Part shown: piece by piece, positions 8,881-17,223 of the stretch | How positions within the stretch are numbered: position 1 is the first letter of the stretch | Layout: each line of letters starts with the position of its first letter | Assembly: GCF_000223395.1 (NCBI RefSeq) | Contig: NC_015931.1 | Span: 330,001 to 362,000 of the forward strand | Origin: Pyrolobus fumarii 1A | Lineage (GTDB): Archaea; Thermoproteota; Thermoprotei_A; Sulfolobales; Pyrodictiaceae | Length of the DNA: 32,000 nt | Reading direction: 5' to 3' | The notes under the pieces: model-generated | Seen by the model: only the letters and a program-made list of their open reading frames with translations | Database searches by the model: none | Told to the model about the DNA's origin: nothing | Program-made: the position numbers and the translations under genes

Positions 8881-9127
8881 TACCCAGCTCAATAGAGCAC
8901 CCCGCGTGTGCCCCAGGCGCCAAGACCAGCCAATATCTCCTCTCGGGGTGCCGCAGAGCACGCGCGAGCGAACTCCCGTACCCGCTTATTAGTGGAAGAC
9001 GTAGCGGGCCTCATTGTTAGTCAAAAAAAAAAAAGAATGATGGTATCGTGTATATCTCCTCGCGCTTGCTACATGGGCGATACTCCTTTTTACCAGGTGG
9101 TGTTTAACGCCGACTCGGTGATTCCTT

Positions 9128-9973
9128 GTGAAGGCACCACGCTTCGCTCTTGTTGGTCTCTTGGTTGCTCTGGGCATAGTTGTCCTAGCTCTAACGATGG
9201 TTAGAAGCGGGTATGGCACGGCAACCGAGACTATTGTTCACAAGGAGACTATCCGTGTGTTGCTACCTGCCATTGCGAAGAAGCCTTGGGAGGAGATAGT
9301 GGCTAGCTTTGAACGCGACACTGGCATACACGTGGAGGCAGCCTATGGTAGTACAGGTTGGATACTTTCGCAGCTCAAAGTTGGGCATCCTGCTGATGTC
9401 GTGGCAGTTGCGTCGATAGAGGATATGGAGAAGGCTATCAGAATGGGCTTCGTAGACCCGGATAGTGTCAAGCTGATAGCCTGCACGGTACCCGCTATAA
9501 TAGTGCCGCGAGGCAACCCACGCAACATAACGTGTCTAGAGGATCTTGCGAAGCCAGGTGTCCGTATAGCGATAGCTGACCCGGAGACAGTGGTCGTCGG
9601 GAGATACGCAAAGAAGCTACTCGAGTATAACCATCTCTGGGACAAGGTGAAGCCGAATATCGTGACCTACGCGAGGAACTTCGCCGATCTAGTTAATACG
9701 CTCATAACCGCTAAGGGGAGGATAGACGCAATAATAGCGTTCCATGTTGCGCACTACTGGTATCCGAATGAGACCGAGTTGATATGGCTGCCACGCAGCC
9801 AAGTACCCTGCGCGACTTGCATCACGATAGCGGTCGCTAAGGGTGGTGACACGGCACTCGCAGAGAAGTTCATTGAGTACGTGCTTGGCAAAGGGATGGA
9901 GGTGTTTGAGAAGTACCACTACATGACCCCAGAGGAGGCTGAGCATCACGCGTTGAAGATAGGGGGATGCTAA
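9128..9973 (+). CDS. modA: Molybdate/tungstate ABC transporter, substrate-binding protein (ModA family)
   Basis: 281 aa. N-terminal membrane anchor or signal (FALVGLLVALGIVVLAL). ModA-like blocks: AAYGSTGWILSQLKVGHPADVVAVAS, PAIIVPRGNPRNI, IAIADPETVVVGRYAKKLLE. It is followed by permease and ATPase genes. Confidence 0.75.
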   Translation: MKAPRFALVGLLVALGIVVLALTMVRSGYGTATETIVHKETIRVLLPAIAKKPWEEIVASFERDTGIHVEAAYGSTGWILSQLKVGHPADVVAVASIEDMEKAIRMGFVDPDSVKLIACTVPAIIVPRGNPRNITCLEDLAKPGVRIAIADPETVVVGRYAKKLLEYNHLWDKVKPNIVTYARNFADLVNTLITAKGRIDAIIAFHVAHYWYPNETELIWLPRSQVPCATCITIAVAKGGDTALAEKFIEYVLGKGMEVFEKYHYMTPEEAEHHALKIGGC

Positions 9974-9974
9974 C

Positions 9975-10736
9975 TTGAAGGTGACAGGTAGGATTGTGCT
10001 GCTGGCCTCAGCGGTGCTCATGCTCCTGGTACTTTCTAGCATCGTGCTGCTCACAACGCCAAGCGACATACTAGAGGCTATCAGGTCCGAAGAGTTCCGC
10101 TACGCCATACTACTCAGCCTCGCAACATCTACAGCTTCGACTATACTAGCCCTGTGTACCGCACTACCACTAGCCTATATCATCGCCGGTGAGAAGCGCT
10201 CCAGCCTCCTAGCGGAGGCCATACTGTCTCTACCTATGGCTATGCCGCCAGTAGCTCTAGGTGTAACGCTACTAGCCTTCTTCACGAGGAACGTGCTTGG
10301 CGTGACTATCGACAAGCTAGTTGGTGTGGTGTTCAGCATACCAGGCCTAGTGGTAGCACAGTATTTCGTGATACTCCCGTTGATAATTAAGGGTTTGAGG
10401 TCAGCGATCGAGGCGATACCCGAAGAGTATATCGGCATTGCACGGACACTGGGCTACGGGCCGATAGAGACTCTAGTGTATATCGTGGTGCCCTTGGCTT
10501 GGAGAGGCATACTCGCTTCCACCGTGCTAGGATTTGCGAGAGCTATGGGCGAGTTTGGTGCTAGTGTTATGCTAGCGGGCGCGACGAGGCTGAAAACAGA
10601 GACAATACCCATAGCCATCTACCTCGCTATGGAGGGTGGTGATTTGGGGCTTGCAGCTGCAATGACAATTGTCTCTCTTGTCGTGGCCTTTGTTGTCATG
10701 ATTGGTGTGGAGGTGGTGGGTAAATGGCGGTATTGA
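9975..10736 (+). CDS. modB: Molybdate/tungstate ABC transporter permease (ModB-like)
   Basis: 253 aa polytopic protein with an EAA-loop-like segment (IEAIPEEYIGIARTLGYGPIETLVYIVVPLAWRGI). The TTG start lies 2 nt after the modA stop. Confidence 0.8.
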   Translation: MKVTGRIVLLASAVLMLLVLSSIVLLTTPSDILEAIRSEEFRYAILLSLATSTASTILALCTALPLAYIIAGEKRSSLLAEAILSLPMAMPPVALGVTLLAFFTRNVLGVTIDKLVGVVFSIPGLVVAQYFVILPLIIKGLRSAIEAIPEEYIGIARTLGYGPIETLVYIVVPLAWRGILASTVLGFARAMGEFGASVMLAGATRLKTETIPIAIYLAMEGGDLGLAAAMTIVSLVVAFVVMIGVEVVGKWRY

Positions 10737-11803
10737 GAGTCGAGAGTCTAGTGGTCGAGAGGAGTGGTAGGAGAGTGTTGGACGAGGTCAGCTTTGTGCA
10801 CGAGTCCGGTATACTAGTAGTACTGGGGCCCAACGGTGCCGGGAAGACGACGTTGCTGAAGAGCATAGCGGGTCTAGTCGAGCCCTCGAAGGGCGTGATA
10901 GAGATTGGTGACATAGTAGTCTATGATTCGTGGCGTAGAGTCAACCTGCCGCCAGAGGCCAGGAGGGTGGGCTACGTCCCCCAGAGCATCTCGCTCTTCC
11001 CCCACATGACCGTCTACGAGAACCTAGTGTTCGCGGCGAGAAAGAGACATGGACGCGAGGCTCATCGTGTGGCCCGCATGTATGCAGAGTTGCTGGGTAT
11101 AGAGCATCTACTCGACCGTAAGGCGTCACAGCTTAGTGGCGGGGAGGCTCAGAAGGCGGCTATTGCCAGGGCCTTGGCTTCTGACCCGGCGCTTCTCCTG
11201 CTAGACGAGCCGTTTAGCAACATAGACGCGCCTAGCAGGGATAAGCTGCGCGTCGAGCTCCGGAGGCTGTTGGTAAAGCTCGGGAAGCCTACTGTGATAG
11301 TCACTCATAGCTTCGCAGACGCATGGATAATGGGCGACGCTATAGTGCTCTTGCGTGATGGGCGTATTGTTGCCAGCGGGGCACCATCCTCCATGCTGCG
11401 CCCGAGAAGTCTCGAGGCGGCTAGGTTCCTAGGCTTCAACCTCATACCGGCAACTCTGCTAAGCGTTGAGAACGGTATCGTGGTGTTAGAGGCTGGTGGA
11501 GAGAAGGTTGTGGGGGAGGGTGTTAGTGTTGACGCGCCACCCGGTAGCCGGGTGTATATCGCGGTGAAAGGCGATGACGTGATACTCTCCAGGGTGCGGG
11601 GTGAGGGGCCTAACTGGTACCGGGGTGTCGTGGTATCCCTCTACGAGACGCGTTACGGGCTGAAGCTCGTGATAGAGGCTCTTGGCGCCCAGCTCAACGT
11701 TGAGACTACAAGGGCGTATGCGAGGAGTATCCTGGGCGGTGTCAAGGAGGGGCTAGAGCTATGGCTTCACCTGCCGCCGGACGCTGTGAGCATCGTGACG
11801 TGA
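10724..11803 (+). CDS. modC: ABC transporter ATP-binding protein with C-terminal TOBE-like domain (ModC-like)
   Basis: Walker A GPNGAGKTT, signature LSGGEAQK, Walker B LLLLDEPFS, plus a C-terminal beta domain of about 120 aa. It overlaps modB by 13 nt. Confidence 0.85.
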   Translation: MAVLRVESLVVERSGRRVLDEVSFVHESGILVVLGPNGAGKTTLLKSIAGLVEPSKGVIEIGDIVVYDSWRRVNLPPEARRVGYVPQSISLFPHMTVYENLVFAARKRHGREAHRVARMYAELLGIEHLLDRKASQLSGGEAQKAAIARALASDPALLLLDEPFSNIDAPSRDKLRVELRRLLVKLGKPTVIVTHSFADAWIMGDAIVLLRDGRIVASGAPSSMLRPRSLEAARFLGFNLIPATLLSVENGIVVLEAGGEKVVGEGVSVDAPPGSRVYIAVKGDDVILSRVRGEGPNWYRGVVVSLYETRYGLKLVIEALGAQLNVETTRAYARSILGGVKEGLELWLHLPPDAVSIVT

Positions 11804-11880
11804 GTGTTGCGCCTTGCTAGGCTCGCCGGAAGTCTCAGCTATTAAGGAGGCCTTGTTGCGCCACGCGTGGGGCTAGCGGC

Positions 11881-13371
11881 GTGAAGGTACTCCTTATAGG
11901 AAGCGGTGGTCGTGAGCACGCGCTAGCCTACATGATATCACGTTCTCCTAGGCAGCCACGCCTCTACGTTCTAAGCGACTATGTGAACCCCGGTCTCGAG
12001 AATGTAGCGGAGGCAACAGGCGGTAAGCTATACGTTGGCAAGACGACTGATCCCCAAGTGGCACTTCGCGTTGCACGTGAGGTCAACCCCGATCTCGTAG
12101 TGATTGGCCCCGAGGAGCCACTCTTCCACGGTGTTAGCGATGCGCTTCTTGACGAAGGGCTCCCGGTTTTCGGCGCCAGGTCAAGGCTCGCCGAGATAGA
12201 GAAGAGTAAGGTGTTTGCAAGGCAGCTTCAATGGAAGTACCGGATACCAGGTCGCCTCCGCTTCACTGCAGCCAAGAGCCTCGACGAGGCTGCCAAGGCA
12301 GCAGAGGCCATGGGCGACGCGGCTGTCAAGCCAGCTAGACAGGCAGGTGGACATGGCGTTAAGGTGTTCGCGGCGCCAGCCCCTCACGTTGACGAGGCGG
12401 CTGCTGAGGTCAGGAGGGTGTATGCCGAGCAACTTGCAAGACGTGTTGCCGAGAAGTATGGCGACATAGAGCATCTTGTTATCGTCGAGGAGAGGGTTGA
12501 GGGTGTTGAGTACACGCTAATGACCATAACTGACGGGTCTACCGTCCTACCGCTCCCCATCGTACAAGACCAGCCATACCTCTTCATACACGATATCGGC
12601 CCTGAGACCGGAGGCATGGGCGCCATAGCTGGCCCGGGCTGGACGCTACCATTCATAACGAGGGATGAGCTTGAAGAGACGAAAGTAATCGTTGAGAGGA
12701 CCATTGAGGCGTTGAGGAGAGAGACTGGGTTAGAGTATAGGGGTGCGCTATCCGCCCAGTCGATGCTCACCGCGTTGCAAGGCCCGGTTCTGATAGAGTA
12801 CTATGCGAGATTCGGTGACCCCGAGATATCGGCACTAGCTCCAATAATAGAAAGTGATATGGTAGAGTTGCTCGAGAGGGCCGCTACTGGTAAACTGGCT
12901 GGAGCGAAGCTAGAGATACGCGAGGATCTACATGTTGTCGTGAAGATCGTGGCGCCCAGAGGCTACCCGGAGAACCGGGCTAAAGCAAAGAATCACCCGA
13001 TAGACTACTCTGAGGCGCTTGAAGCAGCCAGAAAGCTAGGGTGTCACGTTTTCACAGCGGGTGTCTATCGCGCCGAAGATGGGAGGATCTTAACGACGGG
13101 CTCGAGGGCCCTCGAGATAGTGTGCGCGTCGCCGACGAGCCATCACGACGCGTCTATGAAGGCGGAGAAGGTGATTGCAGGCATACGTCTGCTTGACGGG
13201 TGGGAGTTGATACACCGTAGAGACATAGGCACAGAGCAGCACGTGCAACTGAGGATCGAGGAGGCTGAGAGGATACGCCGCGTCTATCTGCACAGGAGGA
13301 GGATGGGGCTCGGCAGGGTAGTCTACGACTGGGTGCCTGGCCGCGGAGTCCAAATCTATGACTACGGGTGA
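11881..13371 (+). CDS. purD: Phosphoribosylamine-glycine ligase (PurD) with an extra C-terminal tail
   Basis: MKVLLIGSGGREHALAYMISRS N-terminus, an ATP-grasp core, and the C-terminal ...HRRDIG motif. A further 46 aa (13231..13368) follow where PurD normally ends. Confidence 0.88.
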   Translation: MKVLLIGSGGREHALAYMISRSPRQPRLYVLSDYVNPGLENVAEATGGKLYVGKTTDPQVALRVAREVNPDLVVIGPEEPLFHGVSDALLDEGLPVFGARSRLAEIEKSKVFARQLQWKYRIPGRLRFTAAKSLDEAAKAAEAMGDAAVKPARQAGGHGVKVFAAPAPHVDEAAAEVRRVYAEQLARRVAEKYGDIEHLVIVEERVEGVEYTLMTITDGSTVLPLPIVQDQPYLFIHDIGPETGGMGAIAGPGWTLPFITRDELEETKVIVERTIEALRRETGLEYRGALSAQSMLTALQGPVLIEYYARFGDPEISALAPIIESDMVELLERAATGKLAGAKLEIREDLHVVVKIVAPRGYPENRAKAKNHPIDYSEALEAARKLGCHVFTAGVYRAEDGRILTTGSRALEIVCASPTSHHDASMKAEKVIAGIRLLDGWELIHRRDIGTEQHVQLRIEEAERIRRVYLHRRRMGLGRVVYDWVPGRGVQIYDYG

Positions 13372-13388
13372 AGGAGTGAGTTACAAAC

Positions 13389-13460
13389 GGCCGGTGATGC
13401 AACGGGGCAGTGGCGAACCTGCGCCGCAGAGCGGTGACGAGAGCCCGCCCACCTGAGGCC
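13389..13460 (+). ncRNA. Weak candidate C/D box sRNA
   Basis: GGCC-g-GUGAUGC (13394..13400), a 12-nt spacer, gcga, a 17-nt spacer, GUGACGA (13434..13440), exactly 12 nt, CUGA (13453..13456), then GGCC. The C box is imperfect, the D' box is degenerate and the internal spacer is long. Confidence 0.25.
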
Positions 13461-13511
13461 CACCAGCCGTTTTAGCATGTACGGCCACACGCGTCAAAAG
13501 GGAGCAGACTG

Positions 13512-13808
13512 TTGACCGAGCAGCAGCTGGTTCTCGCGGCCCTCGCCTATAGCATCTTCATGATGATTACCCTACCGACAATCGTGCCTAGAGTGTATGA
13601 ACGCAGCTCAAACCGCCCGGATATACTGCGAGCGACATGGTGCCTAGCTGGACTGCTACCCCTTGCACCGTTAACACCACTGGCACTACCGCTGATCTTC
13701 ATAGCTCCGCTTCTCGCTGCAAAGGGGAAGAGACGCTTAGCTAGCCTCCTCTACATACCACCAATCCTACACATAGTTGTCAGCGTAGCAGCTGCTGTAC
13801 GAAATTAA
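13512..13808 (+). CDS. Hypothetical small membrane protein (about 3 TM)
   Basis: 98-aa ORF with a TTG start, hydrophobic segments and codon usage like its neighbours. I recognise no family. Confidence 0.35.
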   Translation: MTEQQLVLAALAYSIFMMITLPTIVPRVYERSSNRPDILRATWCLAGLLPLAPLTPLALPLIFIAPLLAAKGKRRLASLLYIPPILHIVVSVAAAVRN

Positions 13809-13980
13809 TGCCGAGGTGCAGGACCCCAGGATGAGTAGAAGGGGATGACACGCCCGCCTAGGAGGCCGAAGCCCAGAATACCGTGAGGAATAGCGGCCCG
13901 CCCTGACCCAAACCTCAACCCTCCACTCGTAAAAGCATTCTCCTATATTCGTGCATGTTGCCCTGTACGACAGACTGTCT

Positions 13981-14610
13981 TCAGCTCGAGGACTCGGCGT
14001 TGATACTAGCAATATACTCTTCAACACCCTCCCTTATCATTGCGACTGCGATAGCTGCCAGAAGGAACGAGAATATCCTTGCGAGTGCGACGGCTCCACT
14101 CTTCCCGAGCAGGTGCAAGAGCCGTCCACCCGCCAGGAGTATCACGAGTGTCAACGCTGCGACCACTGTTGTCGACACTAGCGCATAGTAGAGGCCGTAG
14201 ACAGCCTTGATGTATAGGACTGTTGCTATTGCACCTGGCCCGGCTAGTAGGGGTGTAGCGAGAGGCACGATAGCTATGGTTTCCACGTCACCCTCTGCTT
14301 CAAGTCTACCCGCCTCGGTGAACCCCATGACGCCAGCGACGCCGTACAGCAGGAGTATGATGCCGCCTGCTACTCGAAAGTCTGCTATGCGTAGACCGAA
14401 ATAGGAGAGCACCACGTCGCCGATTAGCCCAAACACTAGGAGTATGATAGTAGCGGCTATCACGCTCTCTACGATGATCTTCTTCCTTCTCTCGCTGCTC
14501 ATCGAGTACGTTACCGCGTGGAATATTGGCGCGTTGCCTATGGGGTCTACTATTAGGAACAGTATCGCTATAGACTTGACCAAGGCCTCATCGATTGGCA
14601 TGCCCGCCAA
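13981..14610 (-). CDS. MarC family (UPF0056) integral membrane protein
   Basis: 209 aa. LFLIVDPIGNAPIF near the N-terminus and about 6 TM segments, typical of the MarC family. Confidence 0.8.
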   Translation of the reverse strand: MAGMPIDEALVKSIAILFLIVDPIGNAPIFHAVTYSMSSERRKKIIVESVIAATIILLVFGLIGDVVLSYFGLRIADFRVAGGIILLLYGVAGVMGFTEAGRLEAEGDVETIAIVPLATPLLAGPGAIATVLYIKAVYGLYYALVSTTVVAALTLVILLAGGRLLHLLGKSGAVALARIFSFLLAAIAVAMIREGVEEYIASINAESSS

Positions 14611-14986
14611 TATACTCCCTCAAACGCATGACGACTGCCTCCAGCCTCTTAGATTTACACTCCTCCACGCATCTATCGAGACACTCGCGGTCGCTAGGGT
14701 CGCATCTACCATATGCGCACTCATTCTTACACCCCCGGTCATTAACCAGTAACGCGTAGATACCCTCCCGGCCGCTTAGCACCACTTGGTTGACGAGAGG
14801 TCCTATACCAGCCTCGCGGATAACCGTCGCAACCAGATTCACGTCATCAATACTCCTCTGGTATATGAACGCGTGTAACGGGCTCTCAAAAGCCTCGAGT
14901 ATCCTCTTAGCCATCTCGCGTAGCTTCTCAAACTCCTCGCGTCTAGAAGCCAAGGCCCCGACTACCCTACTCGACACGAGCTTCAA
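14588..14986 (-). CDS. Hypothetical protein with a C-terminal Cys-rich segment
   Basis: 132 aa. CKNECAYGRCDPSDRECLDRCVEECK has the pattern C-x3-C-x4-C-x6-C-x3-C-x3-C. It overlaps the downstream MarC gene by 23 nt and the upstream phosphoesterase gene by up to 20 nt. The start is ambiguous (TTG 14986, GTG 14977 or ATG 14914). Confidence 0.5.
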   Translation of the reverse strand: MKLVSSRVVGALASRREEFEKLREMAKRILEAFESPLHAFIYQRSIDDVNLVATVIREAGIGPLVNQVVLSGREGIYALLVNDRGCKNECAYGRCDPSDRECLDRCVEECKSKRLEAVVMRLREYIGGHANR

Positions 14987-15683
14987 CCTCTATTATCGTG
15001 ATGTCGCGTCTCGCGGGAAACGCGACATTATACACGGGTACACTGTCTACAACAACTTGCAGGACACGAGACTTATGTGCATGTCCGTGTATCGCGAGGC
15101 TAGGCTTAACCCTCCTGATGACCTCTTCGAACCCCCGGTGCCCCATCTCGGGCCATATCTCGCGAGGCTCGCCTTCCAAAGTACGCCAGGTTAGCGTGTA
15201 ATGCGATACGAGTATCGTTACATCAGCCTCTCTCTTCACCCTGGAGAGTAGCTCTTCGACACGCCTGATGCGTTCCGCGTAAACCCTCCACAGCCATGGC
15301 ATCTTCCTCCTTTGCCACATGGTAGGCCTCTCTAAGCTACCGCGAGTCCCAACAACACCAACCCTAACACCGTCAACATCAACGACTATACTCTCATCGT
15401 CAAGCCACTTGACGCTCGGGTACATCTTACGAAACCTTTCCTCAAGCCCGATGAACTCCTCGTTACCAAACACTGCTATCGTCGGTTTCTCGCCACACAC
15501 GGAGTAAAGAGCATCCAGTACAGACTTGAGAGCCTCTACGCGTCCCTTGTAAACCATGTCCCCCGCAAAGATGTAGAGACTAGTCTCTCTACACTCTCCT
15601 GTCCTCCTCTTCAGCGCGGCGACGAAATCAAGCAGAAACTTGGGGCTATGCACGTCAGACACGGCTAGTAGCCTGAGAGCCAT
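14967..15683 (-). CDS. Metallophosphoesterase (calcineurin-like, small YfcE/MJ0936-like type)
   Basis: Motifs in order: LAVSDVHS, FAGDMV, VFGNEE, VSHY, AIHGHAH. ATG 15683 (MALRLLAVSDVH) is preferred over GTG 15701. Confidence 0.8.
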   Translation of the reverse strand: MALRLLAVSDVHSPKFLLDFVAALKRRTGECRETSLYIFAGDMVYKGRVEALKSVLDALYSVCGEKPTIAVFGNEEFIGLEERFRKMYPSVKWLDDESIVVDVDGVRVGVVGTRGSLERPTMWQRRKMPWLWRVYAERIRRVEELLSRVKREADVTILVSHYTLTWRTLEGEPREIWPEMGHRGFEEVIRRVKPSLAIHGHAHKSRVLQVVVDSVPVYNVAFPARRDITIIEVEARVE

Positions 15684-16378
15684 GGCGGGGATACACCCCA
15701 CAACCGGGCGAGACTGTCAAACCCCCTGGATAGTAGGGATGCCGTATCCACGGTCAACGCGCCGCGCAACAGCACATAGTGGGTTAGATAGTTACACCCC
15801 CCAACCCTCTCAAGCACGACAACATCCGATGTTATAGGCGTGTACCCCCTCTGCTCAGCCGCGACTAGGATACTCTTGTCTGTCGTCTTGCTAGTTGCTG
15901 CTGTAAACCCCTCTCTCCGTATCATAGACGCGAGCCAACCGCTTCTACTCACGCGCGAGTCAAGATACACTATAGGACGACCACCGAGATGCCTCTCAAG
16001 AGCCTCTAGATACTCTATTAGTGGGTGTAGAGCCTCCTCGGGGCGAGGCTTCCACCCGCCCATCACGTCCCTCACAAAGCCATCCGGGCATATTAGCACC
16101 GGGATACCATCCTCCACGCATACGAGCGAGACTATCACGTTATACCCGTCAACCGCATAGACGCCGCCAGGCGGGCACCTCGTCAACCTCCTAACCTTCT
16201 GTATGACCTCATAAGGATGGATACAATGGTATACGGCGAGTTTCTCCCACTTGTTTAGACCCCTCCTCGCCGCCACCACCTCTAGACTCTGGCGGCGGGG
16301 ATACCCTCTAGAGAGTAGAAAGTACATATCGAGCATAGCCTCTATGAGCACATCCTCGCGTAGGACGGGCTTCTCCAT
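15665..16378 (-). CDS. Hypothetical protein with a predicted NYN/PIN-like (YacP-like) nuclease domain; I recall the archaeal family as DUF434-type
   Basis: 237 aa. A helical N-terminal region is followed by VYAVDGYNVIVSL and, later, ITSDVVVLE. These resemble the LVDGYN...TSD motifs of YacP/NYN ribonucleases. Motif-level evidence only. Confidence 0.5.
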   Translation of the reverse strand: MEKPVLREDVLIEAMLDMYFLLSRGYPRRQSLEVVAARRGLNKWEKLAVYHCIHPYEVIQKVRRLTRCPPGGVYAVDGYNVIVSLVCVEDGIPVLICPDGFVRDVMGGWKPRPEEALHPLIEYLEALERHLGGRPIVYLDSRVSRSGWLASMIRREGFTAATSKTTDKSILVAAEQRGYTPITSDVVVLERVGGCNYLTHYVLLRGALTVDTASLLSRGFDSLARLWGVSPPWLSGY

Positions 16379-16488
16379 GCTCTACCCGGCAGCTATGAGA
16401 CTAAAGCCTCGAGTCATATAGGGGCGCATGCTCCCGATGGACGCGTGGCTAGTGGAGAAGAGACGCGGATGGGAATGTGGTGTATGTG

Positions 16489-17223
16489 ATGAGCTGGGAG
16501 TCGTTCAGATACGCGCTTGACGAGCTCCGCGTGCTTCTCGAATCGTTGCGTGGCCGTGGTGGTCTGAGAAACGGTCTCAGTTATGTGCGCGTATCTGACA
16601 TTGTGGAGCAATCGCGGTGTGAACGAAGACTCGAGGCTATCATGGCTGCCGAGAGAGTTGTAGACGAGAGGGTTAGGGAGGTAGCGCTCCTAGCTGAGGT
16701 GGTGCTCGGGGCTAGGAGGAGGCTCCCAGAGAAACCGCCGCAGCGCGTCATACTCTCGTTGCCTATTGTGGGTGAGGTTGTAGGAATCCCGATAGTGGGG
16801 AGGCCGAGAGGCATTCTCGTCGAGGAGGGGATTGTCAAGGCGGTTGTGTATGCTAGTATCTCGAGCAGGCCAAGTAGGCTCTACGAGCAGGACCGAGTGA
16901 GGGGCTACGCCTTCTGTGCAGCGTTACACGGCTCGCCGTTGCCCGTCGCTGGCGACGCTGTATACGTGCACGTCAAGGGTGTGAATAAACATGATCTTGC
17001 AGAGGCTGTCGAGGAGGTTAGGGTTTCTCTCGAAGAGAATGGGCAGCCGCCGATGCACCCTCATGTACACGTGCTAGCCTGTGACCGTGACGCGTCGCTA
17101 AGAGCCCTAGAGCCGCTCTTGGCGTACTGGCTTGGTCTCCGCGATGTTATCGTCAGGAGAGGGCCCTGGTGCCGGGACTGCCCCCTTCGCGACGATTGTC
17201 TAGAGGCTCAACAACCAGGCTGA
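16489..17223 (+). CDS. Hypothetical protein with a Cas4/RecB-like 4-Cys (Fe-S) signature
   Basis: One N-terminal Cys (VEQSRCERRLE) plus C-terminal WCRDCPLRDDC (C-x2-C-x5-C, 17170..17199), as in Cas4/AddB-type nucleases. There is a possible QxxxxxY motif (EQDRVRGYAF). The PD-(D/E)xK acidic residues are not clearly identifiable (GRPRGILVEEGIVK). The ORF is open from GTG 16477. Confidence 0.45.
   Translation: MSWESFRYALDELRVLLESLRGRGGLRNGLSYVRVSDIVEQSRCERRLEAIMAAERVVDERVREVALLAEVVLGARRRLPEKPPQRVILSLPIVGEVVGIPIVGRPRGILVEEGIVKAVVYASISSRPSRLYEQDRVRGYAFCAALHGSPLPVAGDAVYVHVKGVNKHDLAEAVEEVRVSLEENGQPPMHPHVHVLACDRDASLRALEPLLAYWLGLRDVIVRRGPWCRDCPLRDDCLEAQQPG

Noticed and set aside
8881-8961. Upstream extension of the PurF-like ORF (MLCGTPRGDIGW...) as a possible propeptide followed by the catalytic Cys
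   Set aside because: The Cys is not followed by the G[IV]xG context. Its spacing to the LxHRG block is also about 27 residues too long, whereas ATG 8880 reproduces the canonical spacing exactly.
13843-13906. C/D-box-like arrangement (GGAUGAC ... GUGAGGA - 13 nt - CUGA)
   Set aside because: Both the C and C' boxes carry mismatches at core positions, the guide spacing is off by one, and the D' box is degenerate. This is too weak to report as a feature.
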